Of a stretch of 64,000 bases of DNA, positions 27,266 through 37,349 are shown piece after piece (position 1 is the stretch's first letter; every line of letters starts with the position of its first letter). The position numbers and the translations under genes were made by a program. The stretch lies in contig CAXXVK010000059.1 of NCBI GenBank assembly GCA_963676915.2, positions 18,735 through 82,734 on the forward strand, read 5' to 3'. The stretch is from Myxococcota bacterium. Its GTDB lineage: Bacteria > Myxococcota_A > SURF-8 > G963663525. The notes under the pieces are model-generated. The model made no database searches. It was not told where the DNA came from and was given only the letters and a program-made list of their open reading frames with translations.

Positions 27266-30200
27266 TCAGTTCGCTATTGCGGATAGATCACTTGCCAATA
27301 CTCTCCAACCAGCCCAGGTCCAGGGTGCTCGAAGTACATCCATTAATTTGTCAATTGCGGCGTCTGGTTGCTTTATCCATGCATCTTCCCGGCCCTGATT
27401 CTTTCGCTTGACAGGTCCAAGCATCACTTGGTCAAAAGAAACTATGGAAAAATCCTCGTATCTGATGTGTGGAACATCGGGATCCAACCGTTGGTGAGAG
27501 GCTATTAGAGCTCCAACTATTGATCGTCTTTTTACCTCATCTCCATTAAAACCACCACTGATAGCGTTTTGGGCAAACTCGCGCAAAGTGCTTTCGAAAA
27601 TTCCCTTTGCCGTCATCAAGTCACGGTACCAGAAGATGGCTTTACCGAGAGCACGTGCGTCTTCAGTTGCCGAATGAGAATTCTCCGCGAAACGGTTAAA
27701 TGCATCGGCAATCAGTATTGCAGAAATTGGATGTTGCTTCCAGGATGATCCGATAACACGCTTGGCTCCTGCTACCAAGAAAGCTGTGGCTATCCCTCGT
27801 GGTTCATCAAAATCAAGTGAATAGCTTAGAGGGTCAAAATAATGTGCTGAATCGCAAGCCCAAAGTTCAACACGTGCGCACCTCGTCAGATCAGCACATC
27901 GAATTTCCGATATTCCCCAAGGAAAAATGATTGGCTCAGCCAGTTTCCTGTCGTCAAGCATGATGCCGCTGGCCGAATCTGGAAAATTGTAGTATTTCCC
28001 ATGCGCAAAGATCTTTAGGTTCCTAGCCTGTGAAAACTGGCTTTCAAGTTCTATCCTGGCAGCCTCTGTATCCATACCATCTTTTGCGCAATGGGCTACT
28101 CTGGATGTATCCCTGGACAGAAGCGGACCTGCCAGATGCAGTATTGAATCATGATCTTTTGGCGTACCAATGTACAGAACGTCAGTTGAGTTATCATCGC
28201 TGTTTGTAGATAGCCTTGCGGATAACGTATTCAGACGGATAATTGCTATGACCTCTGATAGTGTTTCTAGTCCAGTCGATATGGGAATCGCCTCCAAAGG
28301 CAATTCCCGTACTCCTTTTCGATCGAGGAGGACAAGCGAATGTATATCGTTTTCTTCCGTAATCTTGTGGAGTTTTTCTCCAATGGGAAGTAAGTCGGAT
28401 AGGAGTTGATTCAACAAGTCATTGAACTCTTCAAGTGCTGATTCAGAAATTCCCAGAGACCTAAGCTTGGGCATGTATTTTAGAAGGTCATCTTCTAGGC
28501 CGGAAAAATGGTCTGGACTTATTATCGATCCAGTTTCAATATTTTGCACCGATTCGAAATCAATTCTACTCCGAACATCCATCAAACGATCCAAGGCCTC
28601 CAAAAGTTGGTCATTCTGATCGTTTGATTCTCCAAATACTGGTATTTCCCGGATTTCATGTCCATCCAATAGGAACAGACTTATCGTGGCATTTCGATTC
28701 TCGTTGTTATAACCACCAATCGTCAGGATTCCTGTACGGCTATTCTTCTCTAGCCAATTTATCAATTCTTCAAGATCAAGTCTTGGAATTTTAAGATTTC
28801 CAGAAGGAAGGAATCCTTTTTCCTGCCCTTCCTTGAACAAATCACCCAGCAACGCCGCTTCTCGAAACATCTCTTCTGTGGGATTCTTGTTTTGCTCTTG
28901 GGTAATATTTCCATCAGGGTTGAAATTGTAGTTGAAGCTCTCTATAGGTAACTTCTGAATACTTGAAAGGATTGGGTCGTTAACATCCAGAGCCAATTCA
29001 TGGAAGTGGTGGTCGGCCCATTTTTCGAGGGTCACCCTAGTCCGGTACAAATTCATTCGCCAGACCGCTTCGCTATATGTTTTAACCTCGCCTTGACCAT
29101 AAAACCCCATATCGCTCCGATAACAAGCGGCTCCGGACATTTCGGCGAGTTCGAGAAATTTTTCTGCAGATACTACTCGCTTATTTCTTGCTGGATCCAA
29201 GATGGAAAGAAAATTCATTTGCCTGGAAATCAACAACCTGTAAACATTTGGAAGCCTGACATCTACCAGCTGAGACTCTAGATCAGCCAATCGTTTTGAT
29301 AGGTAGGTGCTTAAAGCTTCATCTCCAATATTTTTAAGGTGCCGTTTTAAGAACATCCACTCTTGAATAAGCACCACTTTGGTTTCTTTCAATCCAGTAT
29401 CGAGAAGATTTATATGTTGCAAACATGTGCGAAGAGACGGCAATGCTTCACTTGGGTTTTCGCGAATCGACATGAGGGCTGACGAAAGATGTCCAGCATC
29501 CGTTCGCCCCAGAATTCCGTTTCCTGCGATTCGCATGAGCAATGAGTCCAGACCTGTTCTTGGATCAACAGCAGTTTCAAGATTCGCTAGCTGTTCATAA
29601 ACCTGGATATTTTGTGCGACGCCAGAGGTGTGACGTCTTGGGTGCTTTTTCAAAAGTGGTAGTATTCTGTCCGCAAGAAGTTTTAGCCTCTCTTCTTTTT
29701 CCTCTTCTGTTACTTCACCTCTCTGATGCAGGAAATGGATGTATTCACGTTTGGCATTGGAGAAATTTAATTCCTTCTCAATGCGCTCAATTGACATGGG
29801 TTGCTTGCGATAGTATTCAGCCAAAGATTCTTCATGGATATCTATTGCATTGAGATAATATAGGTGTCGATCCTCATCATCTGTGCAGTTGTCAGCCAAG
29901 TACTTATAGGCGGAAGCCAGAGAGGACTGTGTCATCCAGAATTGGTTTGGACTATTTATTCTTTCCTGAATAGAATTCGCTTTTCGAAAGTATTCTACTG
30001 CCTTCTGCAAGTTTGACGTGCGGTCACCTGACGACTCATCCTTCATTGCTTCTGCAAGATTATGAAGAATCTGACCAAGAAGACCCGATAGATTTGGATC
30101 ATACGTGTCGTCTAACATCCTCTCTGAAACAGATACGAGTTCTTGAAGTATTCCATTCCCCCAATCACGGTCACTCAAATACGGTGAATTTACTAAGCAC

Positions 30201-30688
30201 ATACCGAGGCGCATTCGGATGTCGATCAGAAGGGATTGACTATTGGGTTTGTTTGAATTTCTCAGACTTGAGAGGGGGACGAGGTTATTGACTTCCAATA
30301 TTAACGTGAGTGCAAGAGGATCATCAACTTGGGTTTTCCCCACATAGACCCATGCGAATCCAATAACAGCAGTAATATCTTCGGAAGAAAATACTTTGGA
30401 TTTTGTTGCAGAAATATACTTAAGCAGCAATAGCAGAAAGAATGGATTGGCTATCCTTTGAGGATCACCGAGTATTTCCTTCCTTCTTTGTTTCGATGGA
30501 ACCTTGCCATATTTCATCACCTGAGCGACTGTTTCTGCTGCCTTTTCTGGATGGACACCCTCATCTTCGATCAAGGAAACAAAATGCTTCCAACCTTTTC
30601 GGAAAATATTTCCACCTTTATAGCGTAATCGAGAAGATGACTTGATTTGTTTCTTATTCTTCGGCATGCAGATAAAGTTTCTATTCAC
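27266..30688 (-). CDS. TPR-CHAT (caspase-like) protease
   Basis: TPR-like GDRTSNLQKAVEYF..MTQSSLA; CHAT LPLEAI, AHG, LWACDS, GIATAFLVAGA..VIGS.W, PWTWAGW. Confidence 0.88.
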   Translation of the reverse strand: MNRNFICMPKNKKQIKSSSRLRYKGGNIFRKGWKHFVSLIEDEGVHPEKAAETVAQVMKYGKVPSKQRRKEILGDPQRIANPFFLLLLLKYISATKSKVFSSEDITAVIGFAWVYVGKTQVDDPLALTLILEVNNLVPLSSLRNSNKPNSQSLLIDIRMRLGMCLVNSPYLSDRDWGNGILQELVSVSERMLDDTYDPNLSGLLGQILHNLAEAMKDESSGDRTSNLQKAVEYFRKANSIQERINSPNQFWMTQSSLASAYKYLADNCTDDEDRHLYYLNAIDIHEESLAEYYRKQPMSIERIEKELNFSNAKREYIHFLHQRGEVTEEEKEERLKLLADRILPLLKKHPRRHTSGVAQNIQVYEQLANLETAVDPRTGLDSLLMRIAGNGILGRTDAGHLSSALMSIRENPSEALPSLRTCLQHINLLDTGLKETKVVLIQEWMFLKRHLKNIGDEALSTYLSKRLADLESQLVDVRLPNVYRLLISRQMNFLSILDPARNKRVVSAEKFLELAEMSGAACYRSDMGFYGQGEVKTYSEAVWRMNLYRTRVTLEKWADHHFHELALDVNDPILSSIQKLPIESFNYNFNPDGNITQEQNKNPTEEMFREAALLGDLFKEGQEKGFLPSGNLKIPRLDLEELINWLEKNSRTGILTIGGYNNENRNATISLFLLDGHEIREIPVFGESNDQNDQLLEALDRLMDVRSRIDFESVQNIETGSIISPDHFSGLEDDLLKYMPKLRSLGISESALEEFNDLLNQLLSDLLPIGEKLHKITEENDIHSLVLLDRKGVRELPLEAIPISTGLETLSEVIAIIRLNTLSARLSTNSDDNSTDVLYIGTPKDHDSILHLAGPLLSRDTSRVAHCAKDGMDTEAARIELESQFSQARNLKIFAHGKYYNFPDSASGIMLDDRKLAEPIIFPWGISEIRCADLTRCARVELWACDSAHYFDPLSYSLDFDEPRGIATAFLVAGAKRVIGSSWKQHPISAILIADAFNRFAENSHSATEDARALGKAIFWYRDLMTAKGIFESTLREFAQNAISGGFNGDEVKRRSIVGALIASHQRLDPDVPHIRYEDFSIVSFDQVMLGPVKRKNQGREDAWIKQPDAAIDKLMDVLRAPWTWAGWRVLASDLSAIAN

Positions 30689-30736
30689 AAATTTGAGTTG
30701 AATTCTCGATTTATAATCCTGGTTCTGACATGATAT

Positions 30737-31006
30737 TTATCCATTATTAGGATCATAACCACTTTCCCCTCTTGCCGTTTCTTTCTTAAATATCTGCTGC
30801 CCGCAATTCCTACACTCCCACTTCGGATCATCATCGGTTAGACTGCATCCGCCCACGATTAGTTTTCCGGATTCAACATCCCGGTAATACTGCTCCGTAG
30901 GTATCGGCATTCCGTATAAGATTACACCCATCGGTTTAAAACCGCAGCTTGGACACTTTCCTGGGCGTCTCACTCGTTCAATACGCTTATTATTGGGTTC
31001 TGGCAC
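30737..31006 (-). CDS. Small Zn-ribbon protein
   Basis: CPSC..ILYGMP..GGC..PKWECRNC. Confidence 0.7.
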   Translation of the reverse strand: MPEPNNKRIERVRRPGKCPSCGFKPMGVILYGMPIPTEQYYRDVESGKLIVGGCSLTDDDPKWECRNCGQQIFKKETARGESGYDPNNG

Positions 31007-31707
31007 TACATCTCTCCCAAGGCACTGATCGTTGTGCGAACTAAGCTCTGAGCGCTTTCTTCACGTATATCGAAAGGGTCGTAGCCGATATCATCTGCCA
31101 GCCAGAGCGTTCCCGTTGTTTCCATACAGATACGAGGCTCACCATTTTTCCTGAGAAACCAGAAGCGATAGGCCGATTGACCAAGAAAGTCATCCGGCAG
31201 TTGTTGGGACAGTCTTTCCTTGGCTGGCCTGAACCGATCGAAATCATATACTACGAAGCAACCATCCATTCCGGAACTGTCGAAATAGCCGTTGCGGCAT
31301 TGCCACTCATTCGAGACATCCGCCATGTACTGAAGATAGGCGGAAATAAACCTGTATATCTCAACGTGAACGCCGGGAGAGGTCTCTATTGATGATTCTG
31401 TAAGTCCAGCCCAATTCAGCACTTGCAGGTTCAATTCCTCAGGGCTATCAAACATACCTTGCCAATCGTGAGAACTTTGCGTCCCATGGTCTGCACCATC
31501 CAGCCGGTTAAAAACATGGAAACGACCGTTGAGATTTAGATCGGCAATATGCGTTTGGTCCGTGCTGTAGAGGGACAGGCAGTCATACTGTCCCCCGCCC
31601 GGATGGGTTTCGATTATGCGAAGATCGGGACGTCGACTCACAATGGCGGTGAGCAGTTTCCAAGCTCGTGCATGGAGCGACGTCACGTTATGAATGGGAG
31701 TTCTCAT
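31006..31707 (-). CDS. TY-Chap2-like (YbjN/T3SS chaperone-like) protein
   Basis: IIETHPGGGQYDCLSL motif, recalled from that family. Confidence 0.6.
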   Translation of the reverse strand: MRTPIHNVTSLHARAWKLLTAIVSRRPDLRIIETHPGGGQYDCLSLYSTDQTHIADLNLNGRFHVFNRLDGADHGTQSSHDWQGMFDSPEELNLQVLNWAGLTESSIETSPGVHVEIYRFISAYLQYMADVSNEWQCRNGYFDSSGMDGCFVVYDFDRFRPAKERLSQQLPDDFLGQSAYRFWFLRKNGEPRICMETTGTLWLADDIGYDPFDIREESAQSLVRTTISALGEM

Positions 31708-31720
31708 GCTGATCGTCCCT

Positions 31721-33073
31721 TCATATCGCGATTCGCAAGATTCGGATATTTGAGTCTGACTCAACGCCAAAAGTCAACTGCCTTGCGAACTGCTGTTTCC
31801 CCCGCTCGGTCTGGATGCTTTTCGGTGCGTCAATCCACTTCACCAGTTCTGTTAGGTATACCGGGCGCAGACGGACTTCGCTCATCTTCTTGCCGGATAC
31901 GGGTTCGTGAATGGCGATCCGTGACTCGCTGGCCCTGGAACTCATCGTTGGATAGAGGATCGTTGAGGCTTTCACCTGTGGATGCGCCAGGGCGTACATG
32001 CCAAGTTGATAGAGCATATCGCGAGGCAGCGCGTGTTCCCACAGATCCCGGTATTTTGCGTCTAGAACTTCTACTGTCCGCGCCTCTTTACGAATAATAA
32101 AGTCGGGTCGCGGCAACGGTGCGCGTCGACGCTTGGGGTTGAAATCCGGCTGATAGGCGAACATACCCTTCAATGAATGCTCTTCCAGAACCTCGAATTC
32201 CGGTAGGTTCTCACGTAGAAAGCGACCAAGCACGCTCTGATACAAGCGGTTCATGTCAAACAGGAAGCCCGGTATCGGCTGTTCGCTTTCGCTCGAATCC
32301 AGCAGGATGCCGTGCGACTGGGCCAATAGCTTTGCAAGGGTAATGGCCGGTTTGTAGTGGCGCAACAGCCTTCCGTGCTGTCGATCCAGCTCATCAAAAA
32401 ATGCTTTGGATAATCGTTGTTCAGATACATCTTCTGACATCACGGACGATAGCTGGCGACATCGAAATGCCAGCTGCTTATCGATGGTTAAACGCGCCGC
32501 AAGAGCGAGGGACGCCCGCAGGCACTGATTGTGTGGAATGTCGAGAAGACGCGGGTGAATCCGACATGGCAGGCGGCTGTCCTGGCGAAAGCCGTCTCTT
32601 GCGATGCGTGGGATATCGAGGCGCCCCCTGGGCAACGCCAAATAGCGTTGCTGATCGATGTAACGTTTTGACAGACCACGCTGCATCAGCGTCTTGATCT
32701 CCGCCAGCAGCTGAACGATGAGCAGTTCCACGAGGCCGGATTCTTCGGTATGGATCTCCGATGGATCGAAGAGGTGTAGTTTGTTCAGATCGTAAGCATA
32801 CCGAAAAAGAGAAAGCAGCGGGAGTCGGTCGATCTTGGGTTGAATGTTGAACAGGACCGGGCCGACCTGCAAACGCCCGACATAGGACGTGGTTTCAATT
32901 TCCAATCCTGATTTCAGATCCTTAACCTGAAGAAATCCGGCACGCGATAGCTTCTCGGCCAGGTTGCGATCCGGTTCACTCAACGAGATCGGAACGGATG
33001 CGCCTCTGTCGTCGACAAGCGTTTTTCGTTGCCACTCATGAAGATTCAGAGAGATATCCGCCTGATTGGTCAT
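31721..33073 (-). CDS. mcrC: McrC-family restriction endonuclease subunit
   Basis: SYVG, IQPKI, LFDMN.LY, PD..LDAKY..D.LYQL..YA; ATGA overlap with mcrB. Confidence 0.9.
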   Translation of the reverse strand: MTNQADISLNLHEWQRKTLVDDRGASVPISLSEPDRNLAEKLSRAGFLQVKDLKSGLEIETTSYVGRLQVGPVLFNIQPKIDRLPLLSLFRYAYDLNKLHLFDPSEIHTEESGLVELLIVQLLAEIKTLMQRGLSKRYIDQQRYLALPRGRLDIPRIARDGFRQDSRLPCRIHPRLLDIPHNQCLRASLALAARLTIDKQLAFRCRQLSSVMSEDVSEQRLSKAFFDELDRQHGRLLRHYKPAITLAKLLAQSHGILLDSSESEQPIPGFLFDMNRLYQSVLGRFLRENLPEFEVLEEHSLKGMFAYQPDFNPKRRRAPLPRPDFIIRKEARTVEVLDAKYRDLWEHALPRDMLYQLGMYALAHPQVKASTILYPTMSSRASESRIAIHEPVSGKKMSEVRLRPVYLTELVKWIDAPKSIQTERGKQQFARQLTFGVESDSNIRILRIAI

Positions 33074-35839
33074 TCCTCGTTGCTCTCATCCTCTGTATCG
33101 GAATCGGCTTCCTCGATTTCTTCATCGGTCGTGTCTTCTTCAGCCTCCACGGACTTATCTGAGGTGGCGATGTCCGGATTGGGAGCCAATAGCGCTTTTG
33201 TCAGTTTGTCGGCATCCATGTTATCGAAAAGCTCCTGACGAATACGCCAGCCCTTCTCGTCGATGAACGCCACGCCCAGAATGTGTGTCAACAGACCGTA
33301 ATCCTCGTAGCAGTATTCCTCCAGAAGCGGCACGATATCGTCGCGCAGGATGCGGGCGAACTCACGCATGGTGGAAACCGTTTTTCCGCCAGGCATGAAG
33401 TAGGCGTGGCCAATTTGCAGGTTACGGGCATCCTGTCCAATGTTTTGACGGATGCGCTCGTTCAGCGCCTCCAGCCAAAGGCGTATCGGAATCCCTTCGA
33501 TGACCGCGTCTTCCAGGATGGATGTATCCGGCATCAGTTCCACGAAACCGAAGCGACGGCGCAGGGCGGTATCAAGTAGGGCAATGGAACGATCCGCTGT
33601 GTTCATCGTGCCAATCAAATGCACGTTTTCCGGCACGCTGAATGCCTGCTTGGATACCGGAAGTGTCAGGCTCAAACCGCGCTTGTCCGCTTCCAGCAGC
33701 ATGAGAAGTTCGCCGAAGATGCGTGGAATGTCGCCCCGGTTGATCTCGTCGATAATCAGATAGTAGCTTTTGTTTCTGTTCTCAGACTTGGCAGCGTCCA
33801 GACACATCTGCTTGAAGATGCCGTTTTCCAGATGAAAGGAGACCTGTCCGCTTTGCTCTTTCGGCGAGTAGCCTTCGATGAAATTCTCGTAGCCGTATTC
33901 CGGATGGAAACAGCAGGTGCGAACCAAACCGGGCTTTTCATCCGTTCCATTGATTGCCGACTGTTCTTTCAATGACAGACTGTCAAAGCCCTTTTTGAAG
34001 TTCGAGCGGGCAGCAAGCTCCCGCGCCGTGTTCATCGCCCAATAGGTTTTGCCCGTTCCTGGCGGGCCGTACAGAATGACCTGCTTTTTGCGCTCAAGAA
34101 TGGTCTGTATGTGTGCGGGGATGCCGGTGAGTTTTCCAAGTGTCGGAGGTTTGATCTCATCGCTGTCGATGGGTTTTCCTTCCAAGAGGCGTCGTTCGAC
34201 CTGCAGCAAGATTTCGGCGTGTTTTTCATGGCGTATTTCACGAACCGATGAGAGAAGAAGCCCTTTCCAAACAGGAAGTACCCATTCATCCAGCGACAAC
34301 CATTCAACCGAGTGCCGATGCGGAAACTCTGATCCCTCGTGAAACTCGTAGCCTCCCATTACACGAGCAATACCGCGGACTGTTTTGCCGTCACAGGCCA
34401 ACACGATATCGTTCTCAGCAATCTGATGGCAAAACGCCAATAGCTGTCCGGCTTGATTTGAGGCTGTTGAAGGATTATCTGGCCAGATGTCTTTCATCTC
34501 TTCGGCAAGCACGTCCTTGTTCTTCTTGGATTGCTCGACTTCAGATAAATCGCCTATCCCCGACCAGCCTACCGCGATGAAGCGGCCTGCCTTCATGTCT
34601 TCCCATATGGCTGGCCCGTCATTGCCCAACTTCGTTCCGATTCGCCAGTATTTGTGCCAAATCTTATGTAATTCATTCAGAGCAACCGTTAGTGAGTGAA
34701 CGTGTATGCCCAACTCCTGGGCCAGCGAAAGAAAGAAATGGGCGGCCTGGTAGCGGCCATCTTTTTTCGGAGGGTCGATCAGGAGTTTGGTCAGGTGAAA
34801 CTGCTGGAGCTGAAAATTATGATAGTCGTCGAGGATATCCGGGAACATCAGGGCAAAATACTTGTGCCCCCCAGGCTTTATAAGCAACATCGGGAATTTC
34901 CTCGAACATGGCTTCTTCTAGTTTCCGGTAATCCTCGGCATCCGCATCGGAGGGCATTTGCTTTAGCAGTTCGACGCCTCGGACGAGTTGCTCGCGATGC
35001 ATCTTGGCAATACTCACCGCTTCGTCGATGCTTAGTTCCACTTGCTTGGTCGGATGGCCTTTCATCCATTTTCCGGTTTCTTTTCGTCGGTAGATCCCGA
35101 ACTTCAAGGCGCTGCCGCCTGCTATGCTGCCGAAAATGGCCGGAAACTCGGAATCGTCTTTGAATTCCAGCCAATAAACCAGACTATCGTGGCTGGAATG
35201 ATTGTGCATGTAGTTCAAGAGGTCTTCGCCATCCAAAGCCATCAAGGCATCCGGACCGAACTTTTCACGGAAGAGATCGTAATAGCCCTGACGAACATCA
35301 TCGGACGGGATGTCGCCTTTCCCTTCAAGCTCTTTCACGGTTTTTAGAATACGATCGTAAACGGGTGAAGCGCCGCCGGTATACTCGCCCTTGCGGACCT
35401 TTGCCGGGATTTCCATCACTTCGGCCTGAGTGAGCGCTTCTCCAAGCGGTGTGCTGCGCCAAATCCCCCGCCCGACATTTTCAATTGCTCCCGCCTTGTT
35501 CAGGTAAGTACGCGCCCAAGCCAGACGGTATTGGACTTCGGTCTGCTCTGTGTTGGCATGTATCACTCGCTGGAGCCTCGGCGGCATCTCCATCAGACGG
35601 ATGACGGCGGCAAGATGCTCCTGGATGTTCAAAGGCTGATCGGATTCTTTCAGCGCCTGAAGCCCCGGCCATAATAAGGCATCATAGGAAGGCATCGGCA
35701 TTTCGCCATCTCCCAATTGTTCCTCGCGCCATCTGGCTCCCTCCGAGCCTTTCCAAAGCTCACCGATCTTTTCGAATGGTAGTCCTTTCAGACGTTTTTC
35801 CTGGGCGAATTGATTGTAAGGATTTAAAGGTTTTGCCAT
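33070..35839 (-). pseudogene. mcrB: McrB-family GTPase with Mrr-N-terminal fusion, frameshifted at a C6/G6 run
   Basis: GPPGTGKT, FHPEYGYE.F.EG, DEINRG, NTADRS..D.ALRRRF; Mrr_N YRLAWARTYL; frames join as KAWG-HKYF if one G at 34867-34872 is removed. Confidence 0.85.
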
Positions 35840-35876
35840 GAGTTCCTCTCTTGCGTTCCCAGTTTCCTAAAAACAT

Positions 35877-36598
35877 TTACCGCCGGGACCATAACCCAGT
35901 ACCGTTTTCGTTAGGTTTGAAAGCGTATGACTTTTCTTTGAAACGGTCCACGTGCCGGACGATACACATCGGAGTCAGATCCGTGAAACTGTAAAACGTC
36001 ACTGTGACCGTACTACCTTTATACGACACGTTCGGTCGCCAATCCTCCGGTTTCTCTTTTTCCCAGTGCCACGCTTCAAGCATTTCGGGTCATAGCCGAA
36101 AAATGAGTTCTTTTTATCCATTCGAAAGGGATCGGTGTCGAGCACAATGTGTTCGCCCCAGGAAATGCCGTGCCAGATTGCACCGAATTCGGCCAGCTCA
36201 CGCGCTAGGATGGAAGCTTCGAGGTAGGAGCGCAGCGAACCGTCGCCGTCGATGGCCTGCATGTAGTCGTCCAATGCACCCGCAACAATGGGCGGTTCGA
36301 GAAAAACATCTTCCCGTCGCTCGCATGTATCGGGATCGGGCAACGGCACATCTTCAGGCAACGCGTAAACGATGGCGTTGCCGTTGAATCCTTCGCGGAA
36401 CTGGTAGGCGCGCAGAATGTAGCCGTCCCGTACATGCAACTTCGGGAAGGCATCGACAAGCACCATCGGGCTGGGCGTACTCTCATTCCAACCCTGCAGG
36501 CCTTCCATGTCGATTTCGCCCAAGCGGTTGGCCTTATTCCGCCAGCGTTTGATTATCGTGGCGGTGAAGGTTTCGGTGTTAGAAAAGGTTTTCTTCAT
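35877..36598 (-). pseudogene. Hypothetical protein split by a frameshift
   Basis: Two overlapping ORFs (35999-36598, 35877-36083) that read as one protein with a shift near 36090-36115. Confidence 0.5.
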
Positions 36599-36722
36599 TG
36601 TTTAAAGGTCCATTCAAATCAACATATGCATATCATCGTGTCCCAGATGGTCATCGTGCCATTTGGTGTCATTTATACCTTTCTAAAGTTCACCGATCTT
36701 TTTAAAGGGCAGTCTAAGGCTG

Positions 36723-37280
36723 CTATTTTCTCCAAAAGATCTGCTTCATTTCATCCCAGTGTTTGCGAATATACGAACTGTCGATGGAATTTCTGTGAAA
36801 CAAACTCTCCTCGTAATCTTCAATCAGTTGATGTTCAGACAGATTTTGGGACAACAATAACCACCGAACCGGTCGAGGATAAAACTGGTATCTCAGTAAC
36901 CTAAAGTTCTCCATGTAGAACCCCAGACTTTGGGTGTTGGATAAAAGGATTAGTGACATTTCAGGAAGCTCAAACGCGAAGTGTGGATATTTTGTGCGGG
37001 CGTTCCCATCCCTTTGATGTTCTTGCTTTACGCTTTCCCAGAATGCGGGTTTCTCAGTTTTGAAGGAATAACCAACTGTTGCGACCCAGTATTGATTCGT
37101 CTTGGGAGTGTTGCCATTCTGCAACCCTTCTTTTAGACCTGGAAATAGCATGTGGTTATAAAGCTTGCCTATCGTATGGTCGTATATCGCAATGTTATTG
37201 CGCTTTCGTTGGTTTTGAGTTGTTTTACTGCCAGGCCGAAGCTGTATCATGAGCAAAGTCGGAATTGCGTTTACGATCAT
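36723..37280 (-). CDS. Hypothetical protein downstream of zorD
   Basis: 185-aa ORF with GGAG RBS, co-directional. Confidence 0.55.
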   Translation of the reverse strand: MIVNAIPTLLMIQLRPGSKTTQNQRKRNNIAIYDHTIGKLYNHMLFPGLKEGLQNGNTPKTNQYWVATVGYSFKTEKPAFWESVKQEHQRDGNARTKYPHFAFELPEMSLILLSNTQSLGFYMENFRLLRYQFYPRPVRWLLLSQNLSEHQLIEDYEESLFHRNSIDSSYIRKHWDEMKQIFWRK

Positions 37281-37349
37281 TTTTGCTCCTCAATTCTTTT
37301 CTGTTATCAACAGATCTTTTCCAATAATCTTACGAATCATTTGGATCGT

